A stretch of 64,000 nt of DNA, taken from the NCBI GenBank assembly GCA_947305775.1, contig CAMZEN010000008.1, positions 2,646 through 66,645 on the forward strand, in the 5' to 3' direction. Shown here one piece after another: positions 9,366 through 19,000 of the stretch. Made by a program: the position numbers and the translations under genes. Source of the DNA: an uncultured Verrucomicrobiota bacterium. Its GTDB lineage: Bacteria > Verrucomicrobiota > Kiritimatiellia > RFP12 > UBA1067. Every line of letters starts with the position of its first letter. Position 1 is the first letter of the stretch. Under the pieces are notes generated by a model. It was not told the origin of the DNA and ran no database searches. It saw nothing but the letters and a program-made list of their open reading frames with translations.

Positions 9366-9374
9366 TGGTATAAT
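9366..9374 (+). promoter_or_regulatory. extended -10 promoter element TGGTATAAT (distal promoter of the Cys-rich/TCS operon)
   Basis: Context ggatatggtataatt. Divergent from the nhaC promoter. Confidence 0.5.
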
Positions 9375-9445
9375 TCGATGTATGATGGAGGGCAAACGAA
9401 AGTTTCATGCTGTTGCAATCTGGTGACAAACGAATCACCGGAATA

Positions 9446-9454
9446 TGGTTTAAT
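9446..9454 (+). promoter_or_regulatory. extended -10-like element TGGTTTAAT (proximal promoter)
   Basis: Context gaatatggtttaatat, 51 nt upstream of the ATG at 9505. One mismatch to the common motif. Confidence 0.4.
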
Positions 9455-9504
9455 ATGCGCCGTTGCCCCGCAACAGGGGCTGTCATAAAGAAAGGAACAA
9501 GAAA

Positions 9505-10032
9505 ATGAAGAAGTCCATGATAACGCTGTTCGGTGTGGCGCTAGCCGCCGTAGCCTTTGCACAGGGTCCAGTCTGCGACGGAAGGAAGTGCGGTCCAAGG
9601 CCGCAGTGCCCGCGCGATGGAAGGGGTTGCGGTCCGCAGCCTGTGGTGCTGTTCGTGACCGAGCAGACCGATGATGCGGCGGTCGAAGCCTACAAGCAGG
9701 CCGTTCTCGCCCAGATCGACGAAGCAGTCGCCAAGGGCCGCGCCCCCATGCCGGAAGTAACGAAGTGCGCATGCGAAAAGTGCGAGTGCGAGCAGTGTGC
9801 ATGCGAAAAGAAGCCCTGCCGCCGTCCTCCGCTCAAGCTGGAGTTCTCGGTCGGCTGCAAGCCTCCGTGCTTCAAGGGCGGGCGTCCGCGCTTCGGCAAG
9901 GGAGAGCGCCCCGACTTCGGAAACTGCGAGCGTCCGCGTTGCGAGCGCGGCCAGGGCGAAGGATGCGCAATGCCGCCTCCGCCGCCTGCCGCTCCAGAAG
10001 CCCAGGAAGCCGCACCTGAAGTCCAGCAGTGA
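9505..10032 (+). CDS. secreted cysteine-rich protein (175 aa), function unknown
   Basis: Start chosen at MKKSMITLFGVALAAVAFA (signal peptide, aaggaa SD upstream). 16 Cys in the mature chain, including KCACEKCECEQCACEKKPC. Pro-rich tail. Its stop overlaps the GTG start of the kinase gene (GTGA). Confidence 0.6.
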   Translation: MKKSMITLFGVALAAVAFAQGPVCDGRKCGPRPQCPRDGRGCGPQPVVLFVTEQTDDAAVEAYKQAVLAQIDEAVAKGRAPMPEVTKCACEKCECEQCACEKKPCRRPPLKLEFSVGCKPPCFKGGRPRFGKGERPDFGNCERPRCERGQGEGCAMPPPPPAAPEAQEAAPEVQQ

Positions 10033-11054
10033 AATCGCTCAAGATATACATATTGACCGTAGGCGTCCCCGCGCTGCTTCTGGCATGCGCGGGCGTTCGC
10101 CTTGTCCAGCTTGAGGCGCGCCACGCCGGACGCCCCCAAATAGAGTGCCGTCAGTTCAACGATTGCTGTCCGCCTGACATGCGCCGACTTCCGCCGCCAG
10201 TGCGGCGGCACATGCCTCGCGTGTTCCGTGAGGATGAATTCGGCGATTCTGTCGCGCGTGAGCGGAAGCTTTGGATCGGTGGATGCGTCGTAGGACTGCT
10301 GTTCCTCTCGCTCGTTTCTGGTGCGTGGCTGCTTGTGAAAAGCGAGCGCAAGGCGCATGAGGACGCGATGCGCAAGACGGACTTTCTCTCCAACGTGTCG
10401 CACGAGTTCAAGACGCCGCTAACGACGATCTGCCTCTGTGCAGAGCTTGCGCAGGACGACGGCATGGACCCCGCCCGCCGCAATAAGGCGCTGCAGTCGA
10501 TCGTTTTCGAGGCGAACAGGCTCAAGGGGCTGGTACTTCAGGCGCTAGACTTCAGCAGGCTCGAAAAGAAGGCGCGGCGCTTCAATATCACGAGGTGCGA
10601 CATCGCCGAAATCGTGCGCGAATCTTCCGAACCGTTCAGGGAGCGCTTCCCTGAAGGCGGACTTGTCGTCTCTGCCGACGCCCAGGCACCCGCAATGGCC
10701 GATGCAGACGCGGTCCGGCAGATTGTCGCTGTGCTGCTGGACAATGCTGCGAAGTATGCCGCGGCCGGCGGACCTGTCGAGGTCTCGTCCGGCGTTTCCG
10801 GCGATGGACGGGCCTTCCTCTCCGTGGCCGATAGAGGCGCGGGGCTCACGAGTGAAGCTCTCCGCCACGTGTTCGACAGGTTCTGGCGCGGTGACGACGC
10901 AACAACCGCCGAAACAGGCGGCTCAGGACTTGGCCTCGCAATCGCCCGTGAGCTTGCTCTTGGCATGAAAGGCGACCTTTCAGTGGCGCGGCGCAACGGT
11001 GGCGGACTCGTCTTCAAGCTCACTCTTCCGTGCGCAGGGGCGGAAAGCCTATGA
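10029..11054 (+). CDS. sensor histidine kinase (341 aa)
   Basis: Two TM segments flank a ~70-aa loop with 3 Cys (IECRQFNDCCPPD). H-box SHEFKTPLTT. G-box GGSGLGLAIARELA. Confidence 0.85.
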   Translation: MKSLKIYILTVGVPALLLACAGVRLVQLEARHAGRPQIECRQFNDCCPPDMRRLPPPVRRHMPRVFREDEFGDSVARERKLWIGGCVVGLLFLSLVSGAWLLVKSERKAHEDAMRKTDFLSNVSHEFKTPLTTICLCAELAQDDGMDPARRNKALQSIVFEANRLKGLVLQALDFSRLEKKARRFNITRCDIAEIVRESSEPFRERFPEGGLVVSADAQAPAMADADAVRQIVAVLLDNAAKYAAAGGPVEVSSGVSGDGRAFLSVADRGAGLTSEALRHVFDRFWRGDDATTAETGGSGLGLAIARELALGMKGDLSVARRNGGGLVFKLTLPCAGAESL

Positions 11055-11734
11055 CCGACATACTTTTTGCAGAGGACGACGCTGGAATTCGCGAATGGAC
11101 AGCTCTGGCCATTGAAGGGCCGACCTGCCGCGTCAGGGCGGTGGCGGACGGCGCCGCCGCCATCAAAGCTTATGAGGAGAAGGCCCCTGATCTCGTCATA
11201 CTGGACGTAATGATGCCGAAGATGTCGGGCTGGGATGTGCTCGCCGAGATAAGGAAGAAGGACAAGGCGGTTCCAATAATGATGCTGACCGCCAAGTCCG
11301 CCGAAGCCGACAAGGTGATGGGACTCGACCTTGGCGCCGACGACTATCTGGCGAAGCCTTTTGGCGTTGCGGAGCTTCGCGCCCGCGTCGCCGCGCTTCT
11401 TAGGCGGGCGGCAATCTCGTCGGTGCCGGTCGCGGCGAAATCTTCCAGCTTTACCGTCGGCTCGCACACCGTAGATCCAAAGCGGTCGGCCTTGTTGGAC
11501 GAGGATGGCGGCGAAACGGAACTTACTTCGCTTGAGCTTGGGATATTGCAGCATCTTCACGCGCATCGCGGCGAAATAGTTTCGCGCGACAGCCTGCTTG
11601 CCGGAATATGGGGCAACGCCTATCAGGGCACTAACAGGACCATCGATACGCGCCTTGCCCGGCTGCGCCAGAAGCTTGGCGACGATGCTGCGCTTGTCGA
11701 AACCGTATATGGCGCAGGCTACCGCATGCGGTAG
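11051..11734 (+). CDS. OmpR/PhoB-family DNA-binding response regulator
   Basis: ATGA overlap with the kinase stop. Receiver ILFAEDD...DLVILDVMMPKMSGWDV...MLTAK. Winged-helix C-terminus RTIDTRLARLRQKL...VYGAGYRM. Confidence 0.85.
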   Translation: MTDILFAEDDAGIREWTALAIEGPTCRVRAVADGAAAIKAYEEKAPDLVILDVMMPKMSGWDVLAEIRKKDKAVPIMMLTAKSAEADKVMGLDLGADDYLAKPFGVAELRARVAALLRRAAISSVPVAAKSSSFTVGSHTVDPKRSALLDEDGGETELTSLELGILQHLHAHRGEIVSRDSLLAGIWGNAYQGTNRTIDTRLARLRQKLGDDAALVETVYGAGYRMR

Positions 11735-11764
11735 CCTGAACCATTGCTGCTGTGCAGGGTAGGG

Positions 11765-12967
11765 TTACTTCTTTATTACATCCTTTATGACATCCTTGGC
11801 CTTGACGGTGCAGAAACGGATGTCTTTTTCGCCGGAGCCTTCGAAAACGACCCCCACATCGGCCGGTTCGCCCTTTGTTTTCGCCGGCATCAGGCAAATG
11901 TCGCTGTATGATGCGCGCCCGGGCTCAATCGTCAGGCCATCATTCCATGTTTGCCCGTCGTCCCAGCTTGTGCGGAGCGTCAGGTTGCTCCTGCCGCCTG
12001 CGTTGCAGTTCGAGAAGATGAGGATTTCATCGGGGTACTTCTGGTCGCCAACCTTCTTGCCCGCGTACTTCTTGCCCAAAGGATACGACATTATCTGCGC
12101 ATTGCACGCGCCGTCGTTAAGCTTTGTGTCGGACCAGTGGTCCCAAGTTTCGCCCTTGTCGTTGCTCTTGAATATCTCGCGCGCCCCAGCCTTCTTGCGC
12201 GAATTTATCATAAGCCCGCCGTCCGAAAGTTCGACAACCTTGCATTCGTCGCCTGGTTCCTTCGTAGGCTTGCCGTAGGCCTTCCACGTCTCGCCGCCGT
12301 CTTCGCTGCCGAACAGCGCCACCTGCTTGCCGACCCACACGATCGTATGGAGCAACGTGCCATCCTTCGTCTGCGTGCCGGAGCCGGAGGTGATGAACAC
12401 AAAGCCGTTCTTCGGCCAGCCCGCCGGCCTTATGCCGGCCGTGATTTCTTTCGGTTCGCCCCAGGTCTTGCCGTTGTCGGTCGATACCTGCACATACTGT
12501 TTGTATATGCCGGCTTCCTTGACATACTCCGCCACGTTGTAGAAGAGGAATATCTTCTTGTTCTTCTGGTCAACGATGAAGCTGGGGTCGCTGCCGGCCC
12601 ACTTTTCCTCGTCGTTCCACGTCCACTCGTGCGAATACACAGACGGCGTCCACTTTTTGCCGCCATCGGAGCTGGTGCGTACCGCTATGTTGATTCTCTG
12701 ATAGTCGCTCTTTGGACCGCCCTTGCGGTTTAGGTCGTATATGTGGTCCTCTCGCGCATCGCACGCCGCAACAAGCGTCTTGCCGTCCGGCGCCATGCAA
12801 AGCGCAGGAATGCGGTAAGTGTTGATTCCCGCGTCGCCAGCCTGCCACAATACTACTTGCTTGGACGCGGCAGATTTCGGCTGCTTGCCGCCGCCATCCT
12901 TTTTCGGCGCACCATGAACAACCATCGCCGCCGCCACCGCCGCCAAAAGAATGATTTTCGTTTTCAT
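11765..12967 (-). CDS. exo-alpha-sialidase (GH33)
   Basis: RIP motif (NTYRIPAL). Five Asp-box/BNR repeats (SSDGGKKW, STDNGKTW, SEDGGETW, SNDKGETW, SWDDGQTW). Start set at MKTKIILLAAVAAAMVVHG (signal peptide) because the -10 element sits 8 nt upstream. Confidence 0.85.
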   Translation of the reverse strand: MKTKIILLAAVAAAMVVHGAPKKDGGGKQPKSAASKQVVLWQAGDAGINTYRIPALCMAPDGKTLVAACDAREDHIYDLNRKGGPKSDYQRINIAVRTSSDGGKKWTPSVYSHEWTWNDEEKWAGSDPSFIVDQKNKKIFLFYNVAEYVKEAGIYKQYVQVSTDNGKTWGEPKEITAGIRPAGWPKNGFVFITSGSGTQTKDGTLLHTIVWVGKQVALFGSEDGGETWKAYGKPTKEPGDECKVVELSDGGLMINSRKKAGAREIFKSNDKGETWDHWSDTKLNDGACNAQIMSYPLGKKYAGKKVGDQKYPDEILIFSNCNAGGRSNLTLRTSWDDGQTWNDGLTIEPGRASYSDICLMPAKTKGEPADVGVVFEGSGEKDIRFCTVKAKDVIKDVIKK

Positions 12968-12974
12968 GCCGCAT

Positions 12975-12983
12975 ATTATATCA
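12975..12983 (-). promoter_or_regulatory. extended -10 promoter element TGATATAAT; implies a leaderless sialidase mRNA
   Basis: Reverse complement of plus attatatca. The last T of the -10 is 8 nt from the A of the ATG at 12967, and there is no SD. Confidence 0.5.
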
Positions 12984-13047
12984 AATCCTCCGCCGCGGGC
13001 GTAATGCAAAATCAATGGCATTTCTGATTGAGCACGGCGAAAGAATA

Positions 13048-13056
13048 TGGTAAAAT
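13048..13056 (+). promoter_or_regulatory. extended -10 promoter element TGGTAAAAT (kinase cluster)
   Basis: Context aagaatatggtaaaat, 72 nt upstream of the ATG at 13128. Confidence 0.5.
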
Positions 13057-13127
13057 TATGACACTTGCGTTACAAGACTCTTGTGTCAACGTGAAGCAAA
13101 GAGAATTTGCGATCGAAAGGGTGATGG

Positions 13128-16010
13128 ATGGAACAGCATATTGATAGCGGGGTTAAACTTGGGCGATATCTGTCGCCTTTGTCCGTGTGGGCTTTGTCGT
13201 TTGGCTGTGCGGTGGGCTGGGGCGCGTTCATCATGCCCGGCACGGCCTTTCTGCCTGTGGCGGGCCCGCTCGGTACGCTGATAGGCCTGAGCGTCGGCGC
13301 GGCGGTGATGTTCCTGATAGGGCGCAACTACCATTATCTCATACAGCACTTCCCCGACTCCGGCGGCGCATACTGCTACGTCAAGCGCGTCTGCGGCAAC
13401 GACCACGGCTACATCTGCGGCTGGTTCCTCATACTCACCTACGTCGCGATCGCCTGGGCGAACGCCACGGCCCTCGCCCTCGTCGGGCGAAACCTGATTG
13501 GGGGGGTGTTCAGCTTCGGCTTCCACTACAAAGTAGCCGGCTTCGACGTCTACGCCGGCGAAATCATTCTGTCGGCCCTGGTCGTCGCCGCGATATGGGC
13601 CGTGTTCATGTGCGGCAGGCGCCTGGCGGCGCGTTTGCAGACGGTTTTCGCGATTGTGCTTCTGGCCGGCGTCGCCATCTGCTTCGCGGCGGCCCTCGCC
13701 GGGCACGACGGCGGCCTCGCGACGCTGACCCCGGCCTTTTCCGCCAAGGGGAACCCGGTGCTGCAGGTGTTCGGCATCATCGCCCTCGCTCCGTGGGCGT
13801 TCATCGGTTTCGAGTCCATCTCGCACTCGGTCGAAGAATACGACTTTCCGCGCTGGAAGACGGTCGGCATAATCGTCTCGGCGCTCGCGTCCTCGGCGTT
13901 CGCCTACATCGCGCTTGCCTTCGTGGCGGCCTCGGCGCAGCCGGAAGGGTTCGCCGGCTGGCGCGACTATCTGGCGAACCTGGGCTCGATGGACGGAATC
14001 GAGGCCGTGCCCGTGTTCTATGCCGTCAAGGCGGCGCTCGGCTCCGCCGGGCTGGCGATACTGGGCCTTGCCACGTTCGCCGCAGCCGTCACGGGCCTGA
14101 TAGGCACCACCGTCGCGTCGAGCCGCCTGCTCTACTCGATGGCCCACGACGGTCTTCTGCCGGAATTCTTCTCGAAGCTCGACAAGGACCACGCCCCCGG
14201 GAACGCGATCGTCGTCATTCTCGCTTCCGCATGCCTGGTGCCGTTCGTGGGGCGCACCGCGGTCAGCTGGATCGTGGACATAACGGCCGTCGGCGCCAGC
14301 GTCGTATACGGCTACGTTTCGTTCTGCACGTTCAGGGTGGCGAAAGACGAAGGCCGCCGCTACGTGATGGCGAGCGGCGTCGCCGGGCTTGTAGTGGCGT
14401 CGCTCTTCATGGTCTACTACCTGATGCCGAACTTCTGGGTGGTCGATGCGCTCGCGACGGAATCGTACTTCATCCTTGCGATCTGGAGCATCCTGGGGGT
14501 GCTGGTGTTCCGCAACGTATTCCGCCGCGACCACTCGGGCCGCATCGGGGCGTCGACGGCGGCATGGATCGTGCTCGTGTTCTTCGTGTTCTTCTCGGGC
14601 CACATGTGGGACCGCCAGATGACGCGCGACCTCACGAACATCACCGTGACCGAGATACACGAGCACATTGAAGAGATGAAGAACCCCGATCACGACGACG
14701 AAGGGTGCGACTTCCTCGAAAAGCAGAAGGAAAGAATCGACGACACCCTTACCCACTACAACCTCATACAGGTGCTGCTGGTGGTGATCGCGCTCGGGAT
14801 AATGTACAACATCTACACCATCATCTCGAAGCGCGAACACCAGGCGGCGAAGGCCAAGGCCTACTTCTTCTCGACGATAAGCCACGACGTGCGGACGCCG
14901 CTGAACGCCATAGTCGGCTTCTCCCAGATGCTCAAGCTCGGTTTCAAGACGAAGAAGGAGAGCGACGCCGCCGTCGATTCGATATTGGTGAGCAGCAAGG
15001 CCCTGCTGGGGCTGATAAACGACATACTCGATCTGTCGCGCTGCGAAGTCGGCTCGGCGGAAGTCTCGGTCGCCCCAACCGAATGCCGCCTGCTGATGCA
15101 CGAGATCGTAGAGTCGTTCCGCGTGGCTTCGGCCGACAAGAAGGTCGAGATAAGGGACTCCATCGAAGAGATGCCGCCGCTGCTCGTCGACCACATGCGC
15201 TTCAGGCACGTCGTGTTCAACCTGATGTCCAACGCGGTGAAGTTCACAGAAAAGGGCTTCATCGAGCTTCGCGCCAAGTTCGATCCGGGCGAGGAGGTCG
15301 GAACCGGCACCCTGCGCGTGGAGCTGCAGGATACAGGCGTGGGGATAAGCGCCGAGGACCAGAAGCACATCGACTCGCCCTACGAGCAGACCGACAACAA
15401 GCTCGCCCGCCACAGCGGAACAGGCTTCGGCCTCGCCGTGGGCCGCCAGTTCGTCGAGGCCATGGGCGGCAAGCTGACGGTGAAGTCAGCGGTCGGCAAG
15501 GGCACAACGTTCTACATCGACATACCTCAGGTGAAGATCGCGCAGCAGATCGAGCCCGTGCACACAATCGTTGAAGTGCTGCACGAGCTAAAGCCGAGCG
15601 AGGCGGCAAAGCCGAGGATCATGCTTGTGGACGACTCGAAGATGAACCTTACCGTTCTTAAGTCGCTCATGAAGCGGCTCGGCGACTTCGACATCGAAAC
15701 CGCGATGGACGGCAAGGAGGCTCTCGAAAGGATAATGCGTACGGACCTGCCGAAGTTCGATGTCATACTCACCGACATGTGGATGCCGGAGTTGGACGGC
15801 GAAGGCCTGGCCAAGGCGATACGCGCGGACGAGCGTTTCTCGAATCTTCCGGTCTACGTCATCACCGCGGACGTGGAGCTCAAGGAGACTTACGCGGAGA
15901 AGCAGTTCGACGACATACTTCTCAAGCCCGTGACCATAGACGGTCTTCGTTCGCTTCTGCCCGCGTACGTACTCGGGGGGGGGGGAGTGACCTGTGAGAC
16001 CGCCCCGTAA
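13128..16010 (+). CDS. APC-type permease domain fused to a hybrid histidine kinase (permease-HisKA-HATPase-REC, 960 aa)
   Basis: N-terminal ~470 aa is polytopic with an APC-like start LSVWALSFGCAVGWGAFIMPG. H-box STISHDVRTPLNAI (~nt 14880). HATPase GTGFGLAVGRQFVEAMGG. Receiver IMLVDDSKMN...DVILTDMWMPELDG...LLKP. Confidence 0.75.
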   Translation: MEQHIDSGVKLGRYLSPLSVWALSFGCAVGWGAFIMPGTAFLPVAGPLGTLIGLSVGAAVMFLIGRNYHYLIQHFPDSGGAYCYVKRVCGNDHGYICGWFLILTYVAIAWANATALALVGRNLIGGVFSFGFHYKVAGFDVYAGEIILSALVVAAIWAVFMCGRRLAARLQTVFAIVLLAGVAICFAAALAGHDGGLATLTPAFSAKGNPVLQVFGIIALAPWAFIGFESISHSVEEYDFPRWKTVGIIVSALASSAFAYIALAFVAASAQPEGFAGWRDYLANLGSMDGIEAVPVFYAVKAALGSAGLAILGLATFAAAVTGLIGTTVASSRLLYSMAHDGLLPEFFSKLDKDHAPGNAIVVILASACLVPFVGRTAVSWIVDITAVGASVVYGYVSFCTFRVAKDEGRRYVMASGVAGLVVASLFMVYYLMPNFWVVDALATESYFILAIWSILGVLVFRNVFRRDHSGRIGASTAAWIVLVFFVFFSGHMWDRQMTRDLTNITVTEIHEHIEEMKNPDHDDEGCDFLEKQKERIDDTLTHYNLIQVLLVVIALGIMYNIYTIISKREHQAAKAKAYFFSTISHDVRTPLNAIVGFSQMLKLGFKTKKESDAAVDSILVSSKALLGLINDILDLSRCEVGSAEVSVAPTECRLLMHEIVESFRVASADKKVEIRDSIEEMPPLLVDHMRFRHVVFNLMSNAVKFTEKGFIELRAKFDPGEEVGTGTLRVELQDTGVGISAEDQKHIDSPYEQTDNKLARHSGTGFGLAVGRQFVEAMGGKLTVKSAVGKGTTFYIDIPQVKIAQQIEPVHTIVEVLHELKPSEAAKPRIMLVDDSKMNLTVLKSLMKRLGDFDIETAMDGKEALERIMRTDLPKFDVILTDMWMPELDGEGLAKAIRADERFSNLPVYVITADVELKETYAEKQFDDILLKPVTIDGLRSLLPAYVLGGGGVTCETAP
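15975..15985 (+). repeat. G11 homopolymer at the junction of the two permease-kinase genes
   Basis: Read directly (ctc ggg ggg ggg gga). Encodes the GGGG near the C-terminus of the first gene and merges into the GGAG SD, 7 nt before the GTG at 15994. Confidence 0.9.
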
Positions 16011-19000
16011 TCTCTCGGCCCTCGCTGCTTGGGGCCTTTCGTTCGGCTATGCCGTCGGTTGGGGTGCGTTCGTCATGCCGGGCGCGAAGTTCCTGCCCGA
16101 TGCCGGCCCGCTCGGCACCATCCTCGGCGTAGTCGCGGGCGCCATCGCGATGGTGGTGATAGGTTGGAACTACTATCGCATGGTTTCGTCGTCGCCCGGG
16201 CCGGGCGGCGCCTACACATACGCGACAAAGGCTTTCGGCTACGACTACGGCTTCCTTACCGCGTGGTCGCTGTCGCTCGCATACATGGCGATACTCTGGG
16301 CCAACGCGACCGCGCTGGTGCTGCTTGTGCGCTACGTGTTCGGCGACGCCTTCCAGTTCGGCTGGCACAGCAAAGTCGCCGGCTTCGACGTCTACTTCGG
16401 CGAGGCGCTTCTGTCGATGTGCATGATGGTGTTCGCGGGCGTATGCTGCCTGTTCCACCGCCGGTTCTCCGGACGCATCCAGGCGACATGCACCGTGTTC
16501 ATGATCGTTTCTATAGCGGTATGCTTCGGCGTCGCGGCCTTCAAGCATCAGGGCGGCATGGCGGCGATGGCCCCCGCGTTCTCGGCGACCGGCGGGGCCG
16601 ACAAGCTGGTGCAGACGCTGCGCATACTCGCGATGATGCCCTGGGCGTTCGTCGGCTTCGAGGCCGTGACCCACTCATCGCTTGAGTTCAAGTTCCCGAT
16701 GAAGCGGCTATGGCCTGTCATGCTGTTTGCGATACTGGCCTCTGCCGCCGCCTACATAATGCTCACGCTGATGCCCGTCCTCGCGCACCCTGACGGGTAT
16801 GTGACGTGGAGTGAATACATACGCGACTGCTCGAACCTCGACGGCCTGAGCACGATGCCGACCTTCGCCGCCGTCCAGAAGACGATGGGAGGCTTCGGCG
16901 TAGCCCTGCTCGCGGCCACGATGGTCGCCGCAATACATACGGGCATCGTCGGCACCATCGTCGCAATGAGCCGGCTTCTGTACACGCTTTCGTCCGAGGG
17001 GCTGCTGACCAAGGCCCGCTGGCTGGGGCAGCTCGACGGCAACGGCTCTCCGCGAAACGCGATAATATTCGTGGTGGGCATCTCGCTCTTCATTCCGTTC
17101 TTCGGGCGGACGGTGATAGGCTGGCCGGTGGATGTGTCGAGCATCGGCGCGGCGGTTGCGTTCTGCTGCACGTCGGCGGCCGCATGGAAGTTCGCGCGGA
17201 GCAACGGCGACAGGGTAACGATGGTCACCGGCCTGGTCGGCGTAGTAATGTCGGTGCTGTTCTGCCTGCTGCTGCTCGTGCCGAACTACCTTTCGACAAG
17301 CGTCCTTTCGGCCGAGGCGTATCTCGTGCTCTCGTTCTGGTGCATAATCGGCTTCATGCTGTACCGCCAGGTGTTCACGAAGGATGCCCACCAGCGCTTT
17401 GGGCGTTCGCCAATAGTGTGGACGGGCATCGTCATCATGATCTTCTTCGCGTCGCTCATGTGGGTGCGCCTCTCTTCGCAGTCCGCGACGGCAAAGGCGG
17501 TCGATTCGATAGTGGCGTTCTCGGAGGACCACTGCAGGCGGATGCATGGAGTTGTCAATCACGAAGAGCTGCACCACGAGCAGGAGTTCGTATCCGAGAA
17601 GATGGATGCGCTCAACAGCGATCAGCTTGTGAACGACATCGTGCAGATGGGGTTGCTTTCGTTTTCGCTAGTCATAATGTTCAACCTCTACTCCATACAG
17701 CGCCGCCGCGAGGAGCGCCTTGAGGTCGCCAACGCAAAGGCCGAGGCGAGGGACCGCGCCAAGAGCGCGTTCCTCTCCAGCATAAGCCACGACATCCGAA
17801 CCCCGATGAACGCCATCATCGGCTACATCGAGCTAGCGAAGCGAAAAGGCACCACCGAGGCGAAGATGCGCGAATACCTTGCGAAGACGGACGTCGCAAG
17901 CCACCATCTGCTGGCGCTCTTGAACGACGTACTCGAAATGAGCCGCATAGAGTCCGGCAAGATCGAGCTGGAGCCTGTGCCGGTCGATTTGGCGGCGGTG
18001 TTCGACGAGGTTGCAGCCATCTTCTCGGCCCAGATGGCGGAGAAGCACCTCGACTTCAGGCTCGACATGTCCGGCGTAAGCCACACGTGCGTCATGTGCG
18101 ACAGGGCGCGCCTGAACCGCATAATCCTCAACCTCATCAGCAACGCCTACAAGTTCACGCCGTCCGGCGGGAGCATAACCATGTCGCTGGCCGAGTTCGA
18201 GAGCGGACGCGAGAACGCCGCCAACTACGAACTTTGCGTAAGGGATACCGGCATCGGCATGAGCGAGACGTTCATGAAGCATGTGTTCGACGCGTTCGAG
18301 CGCGAGCGCAGCACCACCGTGAACGGCATAGAGGGCACAGGCCTCGGAATGCCGATCACGAAAGCCATCGTGGAGCTGATGAAAGGCACGATAACGGTGG
18401 ACTCCGAGGTCGGCAAGGGAACCGTGTTCACGATCCACCTGTCCCTGCCGTTCGCGCATGGCGTGCCTCAGAAGGTATCGCCCGTCGCCGCCGCAGCCGT
18501 GCCGCCGCTTCAGCCGATGGACCACTCGAAGATGCGCCTGCTGCTCGTGGAGGACAACGAGGTGAACCGCGAAATCGCCTCCACGCTGCTGGAGCAGGCC
18601 GGCTTCAATGTCGATGTCGCGGAGAACGGCAAGATCGCCGTCGACAAGTTCGCCAACGCCGGGGAAGGCTATTACAACGCGATATTGATGGATGTCCGCA
18701 TGCCGGTGATGGACGGCTACAAGGCTACGCGCACCATACGGTCCATGGAGCGCGGCGGCAAGCTGCGCGTGCCGATCATAGCGCTGTCGGCGAACGCCTT
18801 CGAGTCAGACGTTAAGGACGCGCTCTCGGTCGGCATGGACGCGCACATCGCGAAGCCGATAAAGCTGCCGCTGCTCATGAAGGTGCTCGAAGACCTGTTG
18901 AGGCGCACCGCCGCCACCGCAGACTCCGGGCTGAAGGGCGACGTGCTGAATTGCCTGGCGAAGATGGGCTGCGACATCGAGACCGCGCTGAAGGAGACGT

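Noticed and set aside
13086-15413. 775-aa ORF on the minus strand, antisense to the first permease-kinase gene.
   Set aside because: It is a shadow ORF of a GC-rich gene. The composition is R/H/D/G/E/V-rich and low-complexity (…RRRRPDAARVVAAEYVAEHQH…). It has no motifs, signal or SD, and it fully overlaps a + strand ORF with clear kinase motifs.
15972-16010. Hypothesis that slippage in the G11 tract fuses the two permease-kinase genes into one giant ORF (phase-variable fusion).
   Set aside because: Worked through the frames. A -1 shift gives GGGE followed by TGA (15988-90). A +1 shift gives GGGGSDL followed by TGA. The gene 2 frame is blocked by that TGA immediately upstream of its GTG, so no fusion is possible.
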